The notes under the pieces are model-generated. The model was not told the origin of the DNA, did no database searches, and worked only from the letters and a program-made list of their open reading frames with translations. A stretch of 63,179 nt of DNA, the filler included, from Dirinaria sp. TL-2023a (Eukaryota), in the NCBI GenBank assembly GCA_051941275.1. It is 47 parts of 47 records of this genome, joined end to end, with 100 filler letters (N's around TTAATTAATTAA, not from the genome) between each part and the next. Parts side by side here need not be neighbours in the genome. Positions count along the whole stretch, not along the records: positions 23,218 to 24,472 come from JAVEBF010002863.1; positions 24,573 to 25,823 come from JAVEBF010002864.1; positions 25,924 to 27,173 come from JAVEBF010002865.1; positions 27,274 to 28,521 come from JAVEBF010002866.1; positions 28,622 to 29,867 come from JAVEBF010002867.1; positions 29,968 to 31,212 come from JAVEBF010002868.1; positions 31,313 to 32,557 come from JAVEBF010002869.1; positions 32,658 to 33,901 come from JAVEBF010002870.1; 39 more parts are not named here. The stretch is one strand, 5' to 3'. Positions 23,458 through 35,245 of this stretch are shown here, piece after piece; position 1 is the first letter of the stretch, and each line of letters starts with the position of its first letter. The position numbers were made by a program, and so were the translations under genes.

Positions 23458-24333
23458 TGTGAAGCGCAAGCCTTTCAAAGAAAGAACACAGGAGCTACAG
23501 GGATTGCTTTGCTGATGAGTGACAAGCTCCGCAAATTGTGAGTGTTATGCCCCTGGAGAACTTTAGAATGCGAAGACAGAGTTGCATACTCCGTATTGCT
23601 GATGCTGACCGAGAGTTACCGCAGCCAATCAAACACCTTATCGATAGGGCACAGTGTGAAGTGTCAGCTCCCTACGCTACAGTACCCGAGCCCGGTCCAG
23701 GACCTGAGTGTAAGGCTGAACAATTAGCCATTTCGTATCGATCGATATGTGAATCATGTTACACCCTTTGCAAATTTTCTGTTTACAAGCTGGACATGGA
23801 TTCATTAGTAGGTGCTTCAAACAGGGTTTTTATAGAAACCGAATACTTACGCTTCACGCTCACGAAGTGTTATTCTAATCTTCTATGGATCATGGCAGAA
23901 TCAAGTATTAACTAGCAGCGAAGACAACAGAGGGTACAAATTTATTCCAGCTGAGCTTGTGCTCGTGCTCGATTCGATATGCTATTTGATGTTGGAGAGT
24001 TGTAGAAGTTGGGAGTATAAAAACAGAACAGGCTTAGTACCACCGTGGCTACGTTGGTGCAATGGTAGGTGGATGATTCTCTGGCACGAGTGGGAGCGAA
24101 TAATCAGTGGCAGATCTCGGTCCAAAAGAAAGCGCGTTAGCAATGAGGAAGCACGTAATAAAGCCAATCAATGTAAGCCTGTGCCTACCAAGCAGTTATG
24201 TCACGACATCCCAGCCTCCATCGCCGTACCGCGTGATGCAACGCCAATAACAATATCCAGCCAACCATAATCCGTCCAAACACTGATGTTCTGGGTCCAT
24301 CGCAGTCGTAAACCAATACCACCTGCCGGTAGC

Positions 24334-24471
<138 letters not shown>

Positions 24472-24572
24472 ANNNNNNNNNNNNNNNNNNNNNNNNNNNN
24501 NNNNNNNNNNNNNNNNTTAATTAATTAANNNNNNNNNNNNNNNNNNNNNNNNNNNNNNNNNNNNNNNNNNNN

Positions 24573-24777
24573 ACCATGGGATGTCGTTGCGACATCGTTC
24601 ACAGGCTTGAGTAACAAAGATGGCTGTAACTTGCTCGTCATACACTTTCTGCTGTGGTAGCGATAGGCTTGTGTAACCCTTATCTATCACCTGCTTAGTA
24701 ATGCCCAATGCAGCCCCTTGTAGATGATTGTTGTCTATAAGTTGCTGCAAAAAATGAGCTTCCTCATTCTCTTCCAT
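24573..24777 (-). CDS. Bacterial hypothetical protein with CxxC, 3' truncated
   Basis: GAGGTG RBS before the ATG. GAALGITKQVIDKG...LS..Q...CERC..DIPW. No introns. Confidence 0.7.
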
Positions 24778-24843
24778 ATGCACCTCGTTCGAGACTATTT
24801 ACTACTGGCAACTTCCGCGAAGGCAAAAAGCGTTGCAACAATA

Positions 24844-25308
24844 CTATCCAAGCACAGAAAGCAGTAATGGCAATAAAGCAGCTAAAGTAACAATACTAGA
24901 AGCGACTACTATCATAAGCACACAGCCTGTGCCAGAATTAGCCGGTGATGAAGACAGAGGAGGCGTTTGCTCAGAATTGGGTATCCCAGATTTCTGGTGA
25001 GATGATGCAGAAGTGTTCTCCGGTTGTATCTTCTGTTGTGGTGTCGAGATAACTGATACTGGTTTTGGCTCGTCTTGCTCTACTTCTATGCCTCTACTCT
25101 TCTGAATCTCTATGTATTCTTTGAAAGAAATCACGCGCCCTTCTTGCTTCTCCATTAGTCGAAGTTTTTGATACTCTGACTGTGATAGTCTAGCACCTCC
25201 TGATTCGTCCAATCTTCGCAAAAATTCTGAACGCGACATTAAATAATTGGGAGGTTGCCATGAAGTACCGGGCGGTTCGTAGTTTCTCCATTTTCGTGAT
25301 TTCGCCAT
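24844..25308 (-). CDS. Bacterial hypothetical protein with C-terminal TM tail
   Basis: 154-aa ORF, AGGA upstream, ending GTGC plus a hydrophobic helix. Confidence 0.7.
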   Translation of the reverse strand: MAKSRKWRNYEPPGTSWQPPNYLMSRSEFLRRLDESGGARLSQSEYQKLRLMEKQEGRVISFKEYIEIQKSRGIEVEQDEPKPVSVISTPQQKIQPENTSASSHQKSGIPNSEQTPPLSSSPANSGTGCVLMIVVASSIVTLAALLPLLLSVLG

Positions 25309-25609
25309 GCCTTTAATCCTGCGAGCTTTTATGTCAGATGTTGTATGCGATGCCCACTAGCATAATTACGGAATATACCGGGTCAGGTCTTCGTCTTTGA
25401 CGATTTTATTAGCGCTACCTGCTTCGTGACCCAGGCTTTGATACTGCTCGCTTGCCAACGCCATCCCCTTACCCTGAACGATAAACGTCTTTTTCACGAC
25501 AACTTCCTCAGACAATGAATGTTACAAAGAGTACAGCGGTGCTGAGTATCCGTTACAATATTGCGTTCTGGCCGCCTGATAGCTTAATATCTGTTATGTC
25601 ACGCATCGG

Positions 25610-25822
25610 CTATTTTGACAATAGACTGCTGACACATAAACAAAGCAAATATACGAAAACTGTACCGGTCAATGATATTAAAATTACCCCGCCAACTAAT
25701 GCTAGCAGACAACATCCGCCTTCAGTAGCAGGATTTGCTCGTGGTGACGCGGGCTTTATTTCCTCTAATGCCTTTTCCTGTTTTTCCTCGTGGGCGCGGG
25801 CGCGTTCAGCAAGTCTTTCTCT
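25610..25822 (-). CDS. Bacterial hypothetical protein C-terminus with TM tail, 5' truncated
   Basis: RERLAERARAHEEKQEKALEEIKP...EGGCCLLALVGGVILISLTGTVFVYLLCLCVSSLLSK*. Confidence 0.6.
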   Translation of the reverse strand, partial: RERLAERARAHEEKQEKALEEIKPASPRANPATEGGCCLLALVGGVILISLTGTVFVYLLCLCVSSLLSK

Positions 25823-25923
25823 CNNNNNNNNNNNNNNNNNNNNNNNNNNNNNNNNNNNNNNNNNNNNTTAATTAATTAANNNNNNNNNNNNNNNNNNNNN
25901 NNNNNNNNNNNNNNNNNNNNNNN

Positions 25924-26585
25924 CCTTCCACGCTCTATCCGCTCTCGCCGCCGAAACCAAAACCTACCTGCTAGGGGGCAGCATCCCGGAATACGTAGCC
26001 TCAACAAAGAAATACCACAACACCTCGCTCCTATTCTCACCAACAGGAAACCTGCTGGCCACGCACCGCAAGGTGCACCTCTTCGACATCGACATCCCGG
26101 GCAAAATCACGTTCCGGGAATCCGACGTCTTGTCGCCGGGCAACAAACTCACGCTCGTGGATTTGCCCGGCTTCGGCACCATCGCCCTCGCCATCTGCTA
26201 CGATATCCGGTTTCCAGAACTCGCCACCATCGCTGCCCGCAAAGGCGCGTTCCTCCTCCTCTACCCAGGCGCCTTCAACCTGACCACGGGCGCGCTGCAT
26301 TGGAGCCTGCAGGCGCGCGCCCGCGCGGTGGATAATCAGGTTTATGTGGCGTTGTGCAGCCCTGCGCGGGATATGCAGGCTAGTTACCATGCGTGGGGAC
26401 ACAGTATGGTGGTGGATCCCAATGCGCAGGTTATGGTTGAGGCTGGGGAGGAGGAAGAAGTGATTTATGCGGAGTTGGAGGGGGAGAAGATTGTGGAGAC
26501 GAGGAGGAATATCCCGCTCGAGACGCAGAGGAGGTTCGATGTTTATCCGGATGTTAGTAAGGGCAAGATCCGCTTTGAGGAATGA
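25924..26585 (+). CDS. NIT3: Omega-amidase / nitrilase family protein, 5' truncated
   Basis: GGSIPE, HRKVHLFDIDIPG, ICYDIRFPE, PGAFN.TTG..HW, ARAVDNQ and AWGHS motifs. Confidence 0.93.
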
Positions 26586-28621
26586 ATTGAATGATTTTAC
26601 GTGAGAGATGGATGATGGGGCTCCCGTTTTGAGCTTTTGCTCGTGTACCGCTACCTTATATCCTTCGTTATCAAATGCTGCATATATACATAAGACTAAA
26701 AGCTTCCGAGGAATTGTTCAATATCCTAGCGATTTTATCTTAAAAAAGGCAAAAAAAAGAAAGAAAAAAAGACCCTACTACGAAGAGAGGCATACTACAA
26801 AATATATATATCTCCGCAAATTACGCCTGAGCAGGGGGAGGAGGTCCAAGCATGCAATGTCTCTCTACCTTACCTACTCCTTGAATCCACCCCAAAAAAA
26901 ACATCGTCTTGTCTTGTATTTGTATGAGATTGGTTACCTACCCACCCTACCCCCTACCCAAACAAAAAATATTTAAACGCCCAGCTCTGAGCACGAACAA
27001 GAAGAAAGAAACACCAGACACCCCCAAAGCAAAACACAAAAATATTCATCCTATCCTATGCAGTCCTATTAAAAATAATGCCTCGCTAAAAAAGCGCCCA
27101 CAGTATGATTGACTACCTCAACTGCACTAAAACCAAACTAAGACTGACTGACTACCTTACATGTAGGTAGGTANNNNNNNNNNNNNNNNNNNNNNNNNNN
27201 NNNNNNNNNNNNNNNNNTTAATTAATTAANNNNNNNNNNNNNNNNNNNNNNNNNNNNNNNNNNNNNNNNNNNNGTCCTCCTGCAGGATCGCCTACCAAGA
27301 GCACCTCCAAACAGGTACCACCACTACTCGAAAAGAAAAGGCTGCATGCAAAGATTCCCAAGACGTTAAGGAAAAGGACCCTGCCATATCACAGCCGACC
27401 AAAGGTATGCCAAAATTTAGAACAGCGTCAACACGTGGAACTAATCTAGATCTAGATGTTAAGCAAGTTGCGAAACCGCCTGAAGCATTAGGCAAGGGTG
27501 ATAACGACACCCATTCCTTCAAGTCCACTGATAGCGAAGGGAGCGGCAAGCCATTGGTCGGAGATGGGAAAGAGGCTCGACGTTGAATGTATGGCAGACC
27601 TAACCGGAATCAAGAGGGACAGGGATTCAACATTTGGAATTGCGTGCTAAAAAGGGGTAATGGGTGGGAGCTAGGAGGTTCAGTGTTGAGAGACGAGCGA
27701 TTAGCAATAGCAATCCTACAATCAATTGCCTTGCTGTCTGCCAAGCCTCAATTATCTGACTGTTATTCGAGTGCCTTTCATCGTTTGGAGCCGTTCGTTG
27801 ACGATATTCATCACGCTTTTTGACCGAACTGAAGTCCCACGACCCTTGAAAGACTTATTGAATGAGGCAGAGGGCGTTATGTCGCTATTAATACTCGGGA
27901 GGACGCGATTCGAGCCATTCAATCTTGCACTAGCTTCGCAGGCGTAGCTGTTCTCGTTCTTGATGGGTAGTAACATTAGACTGATACACTCAGTACCTAG
28001 TCTGCGACGTCAAAAATTCACTCTCGGGTGTCGGTGTCGACACCCTCGACACCATCACATCATGCCCGGTTAACCTTGAGTCGAGTACCTTGGCTAAACC
28101 TGTGCTGCCTCTTCACATTCTCGATAAGATCGAAATGGTCGAAGGAATGGTCCACCTCGATGCTATACCATGGCATTTCAATATGTTCAATTTCGTGACT
28201 AAGAGTCGCTTAGAATCCTTCGGGTCCAGCAGCAAAGCCACATACTGCTACCTAGACGCACTCCTCACATCCTGCTCTGGATGATGAGTCATTTCTGAAG
28301 CCAGAATCAAAAGCTTCTGCATTCTAGTCATTTACCAGCACGGACAGACCCTCCGATCTCGTCTCGCATCTTATGTTTAAAAATGCATACCATGCGACCC
28401 TTACTGGTTCCCTCGAGAACATTCTCAACCCGGACTACCGCATGACGACGACCCGCACATGGTAACAGTCGTGAACCGGTAACAGTCGTGAGCCATATCA
28501 GGGCTCAATGGACCACATTGCNNNNNNNNNNNNNNNNNNNNNNNNNNNNNNNNNNNNNNNNNNNNTTAATTAATTAANNNNNNNNNNNNNNNNNNNNNNN
28601 NNNNNNNNNNNNNNNNNNNNN

Positions 28622-28988
28622 GAGTTTCCTGGAAAGATAAGACACTGGAGGTTTGGTTATATTTCGCTATGAAGGAAATCAGTCGAGGGATGAGGCGCAA
28701 GACAACCCAAAGCCGCTCGAGGTCGTTGAAGGATCTTGGTTGATCGTTTTACCGGGGAGAAGCGGAATGATGGTGAGAACATGGCGGGCGGCTCGCGCCC
28801 CACCCTTCTATGAACAACCTTTTCCTTCCATGGCTAGACCTCCAGACTGTCACATAGACAGCAAGGAATGAGGCAAGCAGGCTTACCCAAGCAGCTCCAG
28901 CACTGGCAGCACTGGCAGCACTTCGAGCAGGCTCGGTCGAATAAAGGGTCGGGGCTGCAGCAGAGGGTGCCGGCTGGTCAGCGCTCAT
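28622..28988 (-). CDS. Hypothetical fungal protein, 5' exon(s)
   Basis: MSADQPAPSAAAPTLYSTEPARSAASAASAGAAW then a GTAAGC donor. Possible acceptor near 28667. Confidence 0.3.
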
Positions 28989-30024
28989 TGGTCGATGCAG
29001 GCGTCAGCCCCGGAAGACTAGGTAAGTGGGGACCTAGCGAAGTCGCATTGGCACTTTCAGCATTGCCCATTTCGATGGACTTCGTTGTCGTGGGAAAGAC
29101 TGAGAGCAGTGAAGCAGGACCACCAGAAGGAGAGCGACCCTCCTTCAGCAAGTGTCACTAACGGAACCGACAAGGGTTACTAGCGTGGGCCTTATGCAAG
29201 ATTTAACGCATGGTCTGCATGCCACCGCATCCGGTATGGTTCAGGAGATGGCACGCCATCTGATGCCATTGTTTGAAGGCTTCTTAACGTGGCACCCGCG
29301 CCAGTCGCGGAGAGGGTGTCGATGAAACAAGACGTTGAACGAATCACTGCTGCCGAGAGGGTGGGGGGAGGGAAGAGAATATTCACCCTCGACCCCATTT
29401 ACCCGCGCCCGGGACTTAACCACATGGCATCTCGTTGCACTAAGCACCACAGTACATGACATGTACCCGTACCGTGAGGGCTTATGACAGGATACACACT
29501 ACATTAGCTTGCACATTGCTCTGAACCCGGCTCACACACACGCCTGTGTAGCCTCGGCGCCTCCGTGGGCATCGCATTGGAGATGGATCACGTGCTTTTC
29601 CTTCGTTTGCCTGGTTGCTATGCCTACCTGAAGCTCCAGTACCTGACAGTCCTCACACAGCATATCAAGAGGCAGTATGGTACTCCGTCGAAGTGTTCCT
29701 TGGGCCATTGGCTATTGTCTTGGTCCCAACTGATCCTGACAATTCTACAATTTTCCAAAATAAAAGGCTGCGGGAACAACCAAAAAGGTCCAAGGCTCCC
29801 CCTATCTTGACACATTTTCAAGAGCTCGCTGGACACCACCACCACCACCTCCTCCTCCTCCTCCTCCNNNNNNNNNNNNNNNNNNNNNNNNNNNNNNNNN
29901 NNNNNNNNNNNTTAATTAATTAANNNNNNNNNNNNNNNNNNNNNNNNNNNNNNNNNNNNNNNNNNNNCTCCCACCCTACCTTCCACAATCAAAAGCTCTA
30001 GCATACTAATTCCGCTTACGCTAG

Positions 30025-30318
30025 GAAATCGCCAAAAAACGCACGCGCCGCACCGTCAAATCACAACGAGGTATCGTTGGTGCCTCGCTCGAGGTGATCA
30101 AAGAGCGACGGTCGCAGCGACCTGAAGCACGTGCCGCTGCCCGCCAGGCCGCCATCAAGGAAGGCAAGGAGAAGAAGAGCGCCAGCGAGAGCAAGAAGAA
30201 GATGGAGAAGGCCAAGAGCGCAGCCGCGGGCGCCAGGGGCCAGCCTGGACGCATCCAGAGTAAGATGGGGGCCAAGGGGGCTGCGAACAAAGACAAGGCG
30301 ACGGCGAAGACGAGGTAG
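30025..30318 (+). CDS. RPL24: 60S ribosomal protein L24, last exon
   Basis: EIAKKRTRRTVKSQRGIVGASLEVIKERRSQRPEARAAARQAAIKEGKEKK, after a CTAAT...TAG intron end. Confidence 0.93.
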   Translation, partial: EIAKKRTRRTVKSQRGIVGASLEVIKERRSQRPEARAAARQAAIKEGKEKKSASESKKKMEKAKSAAAGARGQPGRIQSKMGAKGAANKDKATAKTR

Positions 30319-31312
30319 ATTGTGGGAGTTGGGTGGGGAGGGTGGAGGGTAGCTGGTGAGGGATGTGGGGCTATGAGTGCCTGCTTAGCATAAATCTCAA
30401 TCTTCCTCCATATTTCTCATCCTCCACAAGCCCGTTCTTACTCTTGCTCTTGCCAGTTTTGACTCCCAACGTCCAATCTCAAATCCCCTCCCATCTTCCA
30501 TGCATCGCCAGATACATGCCAACAATTGCAACCACCTCTTTACCATAGGCTTGGCGTCTATACCTCTCCCTTCGGATCCCGGCTTTGACCTTCTAAGATT
30601 CGACGAGCTTTGTCATAATTTTCCGTGGTATACGCAAGAACAAGGCTCACCTCGCTGGTATCGTGCGGCGCTAGACACTTCTTCGTCGATCATTGCACAA
30701 GCTTGACCTTTAACAATGCTATTGGTAGGAACATGTCCACTCGCATCCTGCTGTAGCTAATTGAATGTCTTGAGGAGTTATCTAGATTTTTCTTTTCTAA
30801 CTTTGAATTCTGTTCTTCAACAGTTTGCGGAGAAGGGGCAATGACACGGTGGATGCATTTTCTGCTGGATGTTCTCCCAGGTCTTTTCAGATCCTGAATA
30901 AGTACCTTTGCGCATCGATCTCTCGGTCGTGGTGAAGGCTCTACCTTACCTTACTCCTTGATTTTTTTCCAGCGGCGACATCGTATTTACATTGGAGTAA
31001 CAGCGAAATTCTCGTCAGTTTCCCTGTAACGTCTACATGGCTCGATTTTGGCATCCTCGTAAGAATAACAGGTCTTCAACGTACTTCAGTATTTCAAAGT
31101 AGCGACTAGGAACGGATCTTCAAATATATCTACGATGATAACAAGGCTGTGGCCACTGAAGTGGTTACGCTCGGCGGCGATTAGTTGCGGTGGAATCATG
31201 CTCACCTACGGTNNNNNNNNNNNNNNNNNNNNNNNNNNNNNNNNNNNNNNNNNNNNTTAATTAATTAANNNNNNNNNNNNNNNNNNNNNNNNNNNNNNNN
31301 NNNNNNNNNNNN

Positions 31313-32557
31313 ATCAAAAGAGTTTAGTTAGACATGAAAATCGACTTTATGTTCTCGAGAATGAGGCTGTAAAAGAAGAACTTATTCGCAAGAATCATGA
31401 TGATTCTTTGATCGATCATTTTGATGCAGAAAAAACTCTGAAACTAATTCAGAGAAAATATTACTGACTCGTCTGCGAAAAACAGATGAAAGAATATGTT
31501 CGATCATGTGATATTTGTCAACGCATCAAAGCATCGCGATATAGATCATATGATGAGTTTAAATTCTTGTCTATCGTTACGAAATCATGAAAAAAGCTCA
31601 TCATGAATTTCGTGACGAGTTTGTCGTTGAGCAAACGACGCAACGTTGTATACGACGCGATTCTGATAATAATCGATAAATGTATCAAATGTCAAAGACT
31701 CAACCTTGATTAGATAGGTTTCCCAATGGTAAAAGTCCCGGCACGGCCAAAAGACTAACTAAATCAAGTCAAAGGACTTGATGTCTATCTTACTACTTGC
31801 TTAGTTTTCAGGGTCGTAACATCAAAATGATCAAATATATATCGATCAAAAAAATTATCGACGTCGCTCAGCTGACGAAAATATTTTTCGATGAAATCGT
31901 CTTACGTTTTGACATGTCAGATGACATAATGAGCGACAAAAAGTCTGTATTCATTAATACATTTTGATTCGCGATATGCTTTCATGCGAAAATTAAACGT
32001 CGATTAAACACTGTTTTTCATTCACAGACAGATGACTTAACTGAACGTTAAAATCAAGTTCTAAAGCAATATTTAAAAATTTTCGCAAATAAAAAGCAGA
32101 CAAATTGAGCAAATTTGTTTTCATTGACAGAATATGTTTATAATAACAGTCATCATAGTTTCGTCGATTTTACGTCGTTCTTTCTCATGTATGCTTATCA
32201 TTCAGAAATTCGCTATAAAATTGAGAACAATGTCGTAAAAAAGAAGATATCATCTGCAAATCAGAGAATCAAAAAATTGTACACGTTAAAAAACGAGCTG
32301 AGCGAGCGTTTAAATAAAATCAATGAGTATCAGACGCGATATTATAATAAAATTCACAAGTCTAAAAAGTACGTCGTCGAAAAGCTGATACTACTGTTAA
32401 TTAAGAATTTTAAGCAAAAACGATTTAGCAAAAAGATGTCGCATAAATTTGTTGAATCTTTTAGAATAAAGAATAAGATAAAAGCGCAGACGTATAAATT
32501 AACGCTGCTCTTTATTTATCGAATTTATAATACTTTTCACGTTTCGCTGTTAAAGTC
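31313..32557 (+). pseudogene. Gypsy integrase relic interrupted by a solo LTR
   Basis: HDD...HF, CDICQRIK, MNFVTSL, IMSDK and TVFHSQTDDLTER*NQ motifs. Same family as 42633-43279. Confidence 0.92.
31690..31821 (-). mobile_element. Solo LTR, family C (132 bp), with 5-bp TSD TCAAA
   Basis: TCAAA at 31685-31689 and 31822-31826. Removing the LTR and one TSD restores IDKCIKMIKYI. Confidence 0.92.
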
Positions 32558-33091
32558 NNNNNNNNNNNNNNNNNNNNNNNNNNNNNNNNNNNNNNNNNNN
32601 NTTAATTAATTAANNNNNNNNNNNNNNNNNNNNNNNNNNNNNNNNNNNNNNNNNNNNTTGAGCATTTGCTCTGGGCCCCTACGAACCTGTTGAGCCGCCC
32701 CTTGTGTTGATATTGCTTCGGCTCTAATTAACAGAACTTCAACCAGGTTTCGGTCAATGAAGTGTGCCACCCCCCAGCTAATGTAAGGTCGGGAGCGCTA
32801 AGATATAGGATATCGTAAAGCTAAGAAACCACGCGCCTGCTCTTAGCTGCTGGCCATGTAGCTGTCAGTGTGTGACCGAAAGAAAGCGGGGTTGGTACGG
32901 ATTGAAATGGGCCAACATTTTACACTAGACTACCCCGCACTTAGACCATTTGAGGGAGTAAACCACCAGTCACTACTACCCGGTAGGCGTCTCCCACGAA
33001 GTAGTGTGCTCGATGGCCACGCATATTATCTCTTGAGAACCCAATATACGGTCCCCAACATTCACTCTGATTAATGCCCGCATCTACAACC

Positions 33092-33725
33092 ATGGCTGAC
33101 ATCCTCAGCGCCATCTTTCCCTGTATAACGCGCCGTAAGCCTTGGCTAAGTAATTTCGACAAATCTTCACTCCCGCCTTGCGAAGAAAAATCCACAGACG
33201 TTCCCTGCGAGGAAGCTGCTGACCGTATTGTCAACGCGTTTTTCGAAGCCAACGAAGGGGCTCCGCTCTTGCTGCTCACATCGACGGCATCACCCGTCAA
33301 GCTGGCGGATGGTCTCAATGGCTAGCTGAATAGATCCGAAAAGGCATCGAAGTAGCGCTCATAGCCGGCAAAGAGATGAATGCCGCGTTGGCTGCAACAT
33401 ATGACAAAGCGTGTGAAGCGGCGACGGTGTTTGGACATTTTGCGAAAGACCACCCTTTCGCTACGACGATCTTTGTTACGGTTATTGCAATTGGAGTACT
33501 AGTGATCCTGGCCCCTTACGTGATCGAGATGCTAGGATTTGGAGAGTTGGGACCCATTGAAGGTGAGCTTGTGTCTGCTTTCCGTTATATTATGGTTAGA
33601 GCTGCAGAGGCGCTGATTGTTATGTAGGTACTTGGGCTGCGGTGTGGCAATCTACATATCGTGGTTTTGTGCCTAAAGGCTCCCTTTTCTCTTACTTCCA
33701 GAAATTAGGGATGACTTGGAAATAA
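33092..33725 (+). pseudogene. Fungal IFI6/IFI27-like-motif membrane protein with a frameshift and a stop
   Basis: LGFGELGPIE|GTWAAVWQSTYRGFVPKGSLFSYFQKLGM. A 1-bp frameshift near 33260 and an in-frame TAG near 33331. Confidence 0.6.
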
Positions 33726-34685
33726 GAATTCGAACTTTAGTAGCCATTTGGGGACGTGGCCTTAATGCTGCTCTTAGCAATGTAAAAGGATATCGATTGC
33801 AGGATTCCCAAAGACACTTCATCGAACCAGCCGTGTAGATATTATACGATTTCCTATTCTGAGCCATCATCTTTCCGTCTCGGCCTGGAGTGCCTTATGT
33901 TNNNNNNNNNNNNNNNNNNNNNNNNNNNNNNNNNNNNNNNNNNNNTTAATTAATTAANNNNNNNNNNNNNNNNNNNNNNNNNNNNNNNNNNNNNNNNNNN
34001 NTTGCTTGAGCTAGGACCTGATCTGAACTTCTGAAGTCCTATCCCGTTTTTTTGGCATTGCTTTAGCTTGGGTGTCTAGCCTGGCCCTGCATGCACTCCA
34101 AGTTCTAGGTAAACTCAATTTCCACATCGGCTACACGCACTCATCCCACACAAAGTGGCCCTACACCGTCGCAAAGACGATTCCGCTCGAGTCGAGACCG
34201 TTTGAAGATCACCCACATGGGCGCAACTACTTTCAAAGAATTTCTAACCGCCATGGATGCCTACGAGCCAGCGACACTGGCCGTTCGGAGATAATCAGCG
34301 ACGCTATCCTTCGATCTTGTGATCAACTAGGGTTGAAGCATGCCGCATACGTGTAGGAGTCCATGTACATACCGGCAAGACATGATTCCTCCTGCGAAGA
34401 GCGAGCAACCAATATTGCTGGTTCGCGATGCTCCACAATCTGTGCGCCTTGACGTCGCCTGCAGTGGGCTTCCTCCGCCTGCAGAGTCATCCTTCGCCTG
34501 GTCCTCTTTGCGTCATAGCTTTATCTGCCAAGCTGTTAGCAACAATGGCACACATCAAATGTAGATCAATGATCCTTCGCTATCGATCTATATAACAGTA
34601 CCATGGCTGTATTCTGAGCTTTTGCATTCCAGTTGCACCTTCTCAGTGGTTCACGGTCATATAAATTCGGGAGAAAATACGAATA

Positions 34686-35245
34686 ATGACTTCCATCATG
34701 GCACCTGAAGCGTTCGCTTCGACAACATTCGATTACCTGATTGCAGGAGGAGGAACTGCAGGATTGGTCCTTGCGAACAGATTGACTGAGATCCCGACTA
34801 TATCTGTTGGGGTTATTGAAGCTGGTGAAGATCTGACAGACGACAAAAAGGTCACGACACCGCTGTACATGTTTGATATGCAAGGCGATCCGAAGTACGA
34901 TTGGAACTTTACTAGCGAGCCACAGGTAGGTCGAGGGGATTAACGGTGAGAGTTCCAACATTAAATGGTACGCAGGAAGCATTGGACGGCCTACGGGTAC
35001 GACAGGCTCGTGGCAAGATGCTTGGCGGCTCCAGCGGCATCAATTACATGCAATTCACGTTTGCATCTCGCACTGATTTGAATGATTGGGAGAAGCTTGG
35101 GAATACCGGCTGGAACTATGAGTCTATGGCGCCTTATTACAGGAAGTTTGAGAATTTCCAGGCCCCCGGCCCATCGATCGAGCGTCTTGGCATCAACACT
35201 GCATACATTAACGAGGCCGTGCATGGGCATGGAGGTCCTATCAAT
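34686..35245 (+). CDS. GMC oxidoreductase, 5' part
   Basis: FDYLIAGGGTAGLVLANRLTE...VIEAG, then an intron, then RGKMLGGSSGINYM. Confidence 0.93.

Noticed and set aside
24573..25823. Horizontal transfer of bacterial genes into the fungus
   Set aside because: Neither this contig nor 39369-40605 contains a fungal-bacterial junction. Co-assembled bacteria are the simpler explanation.
27274..28521. Possible degenerate fungal gene on the + strand
   Set aside because: Fragmented frames and no recognisable family.
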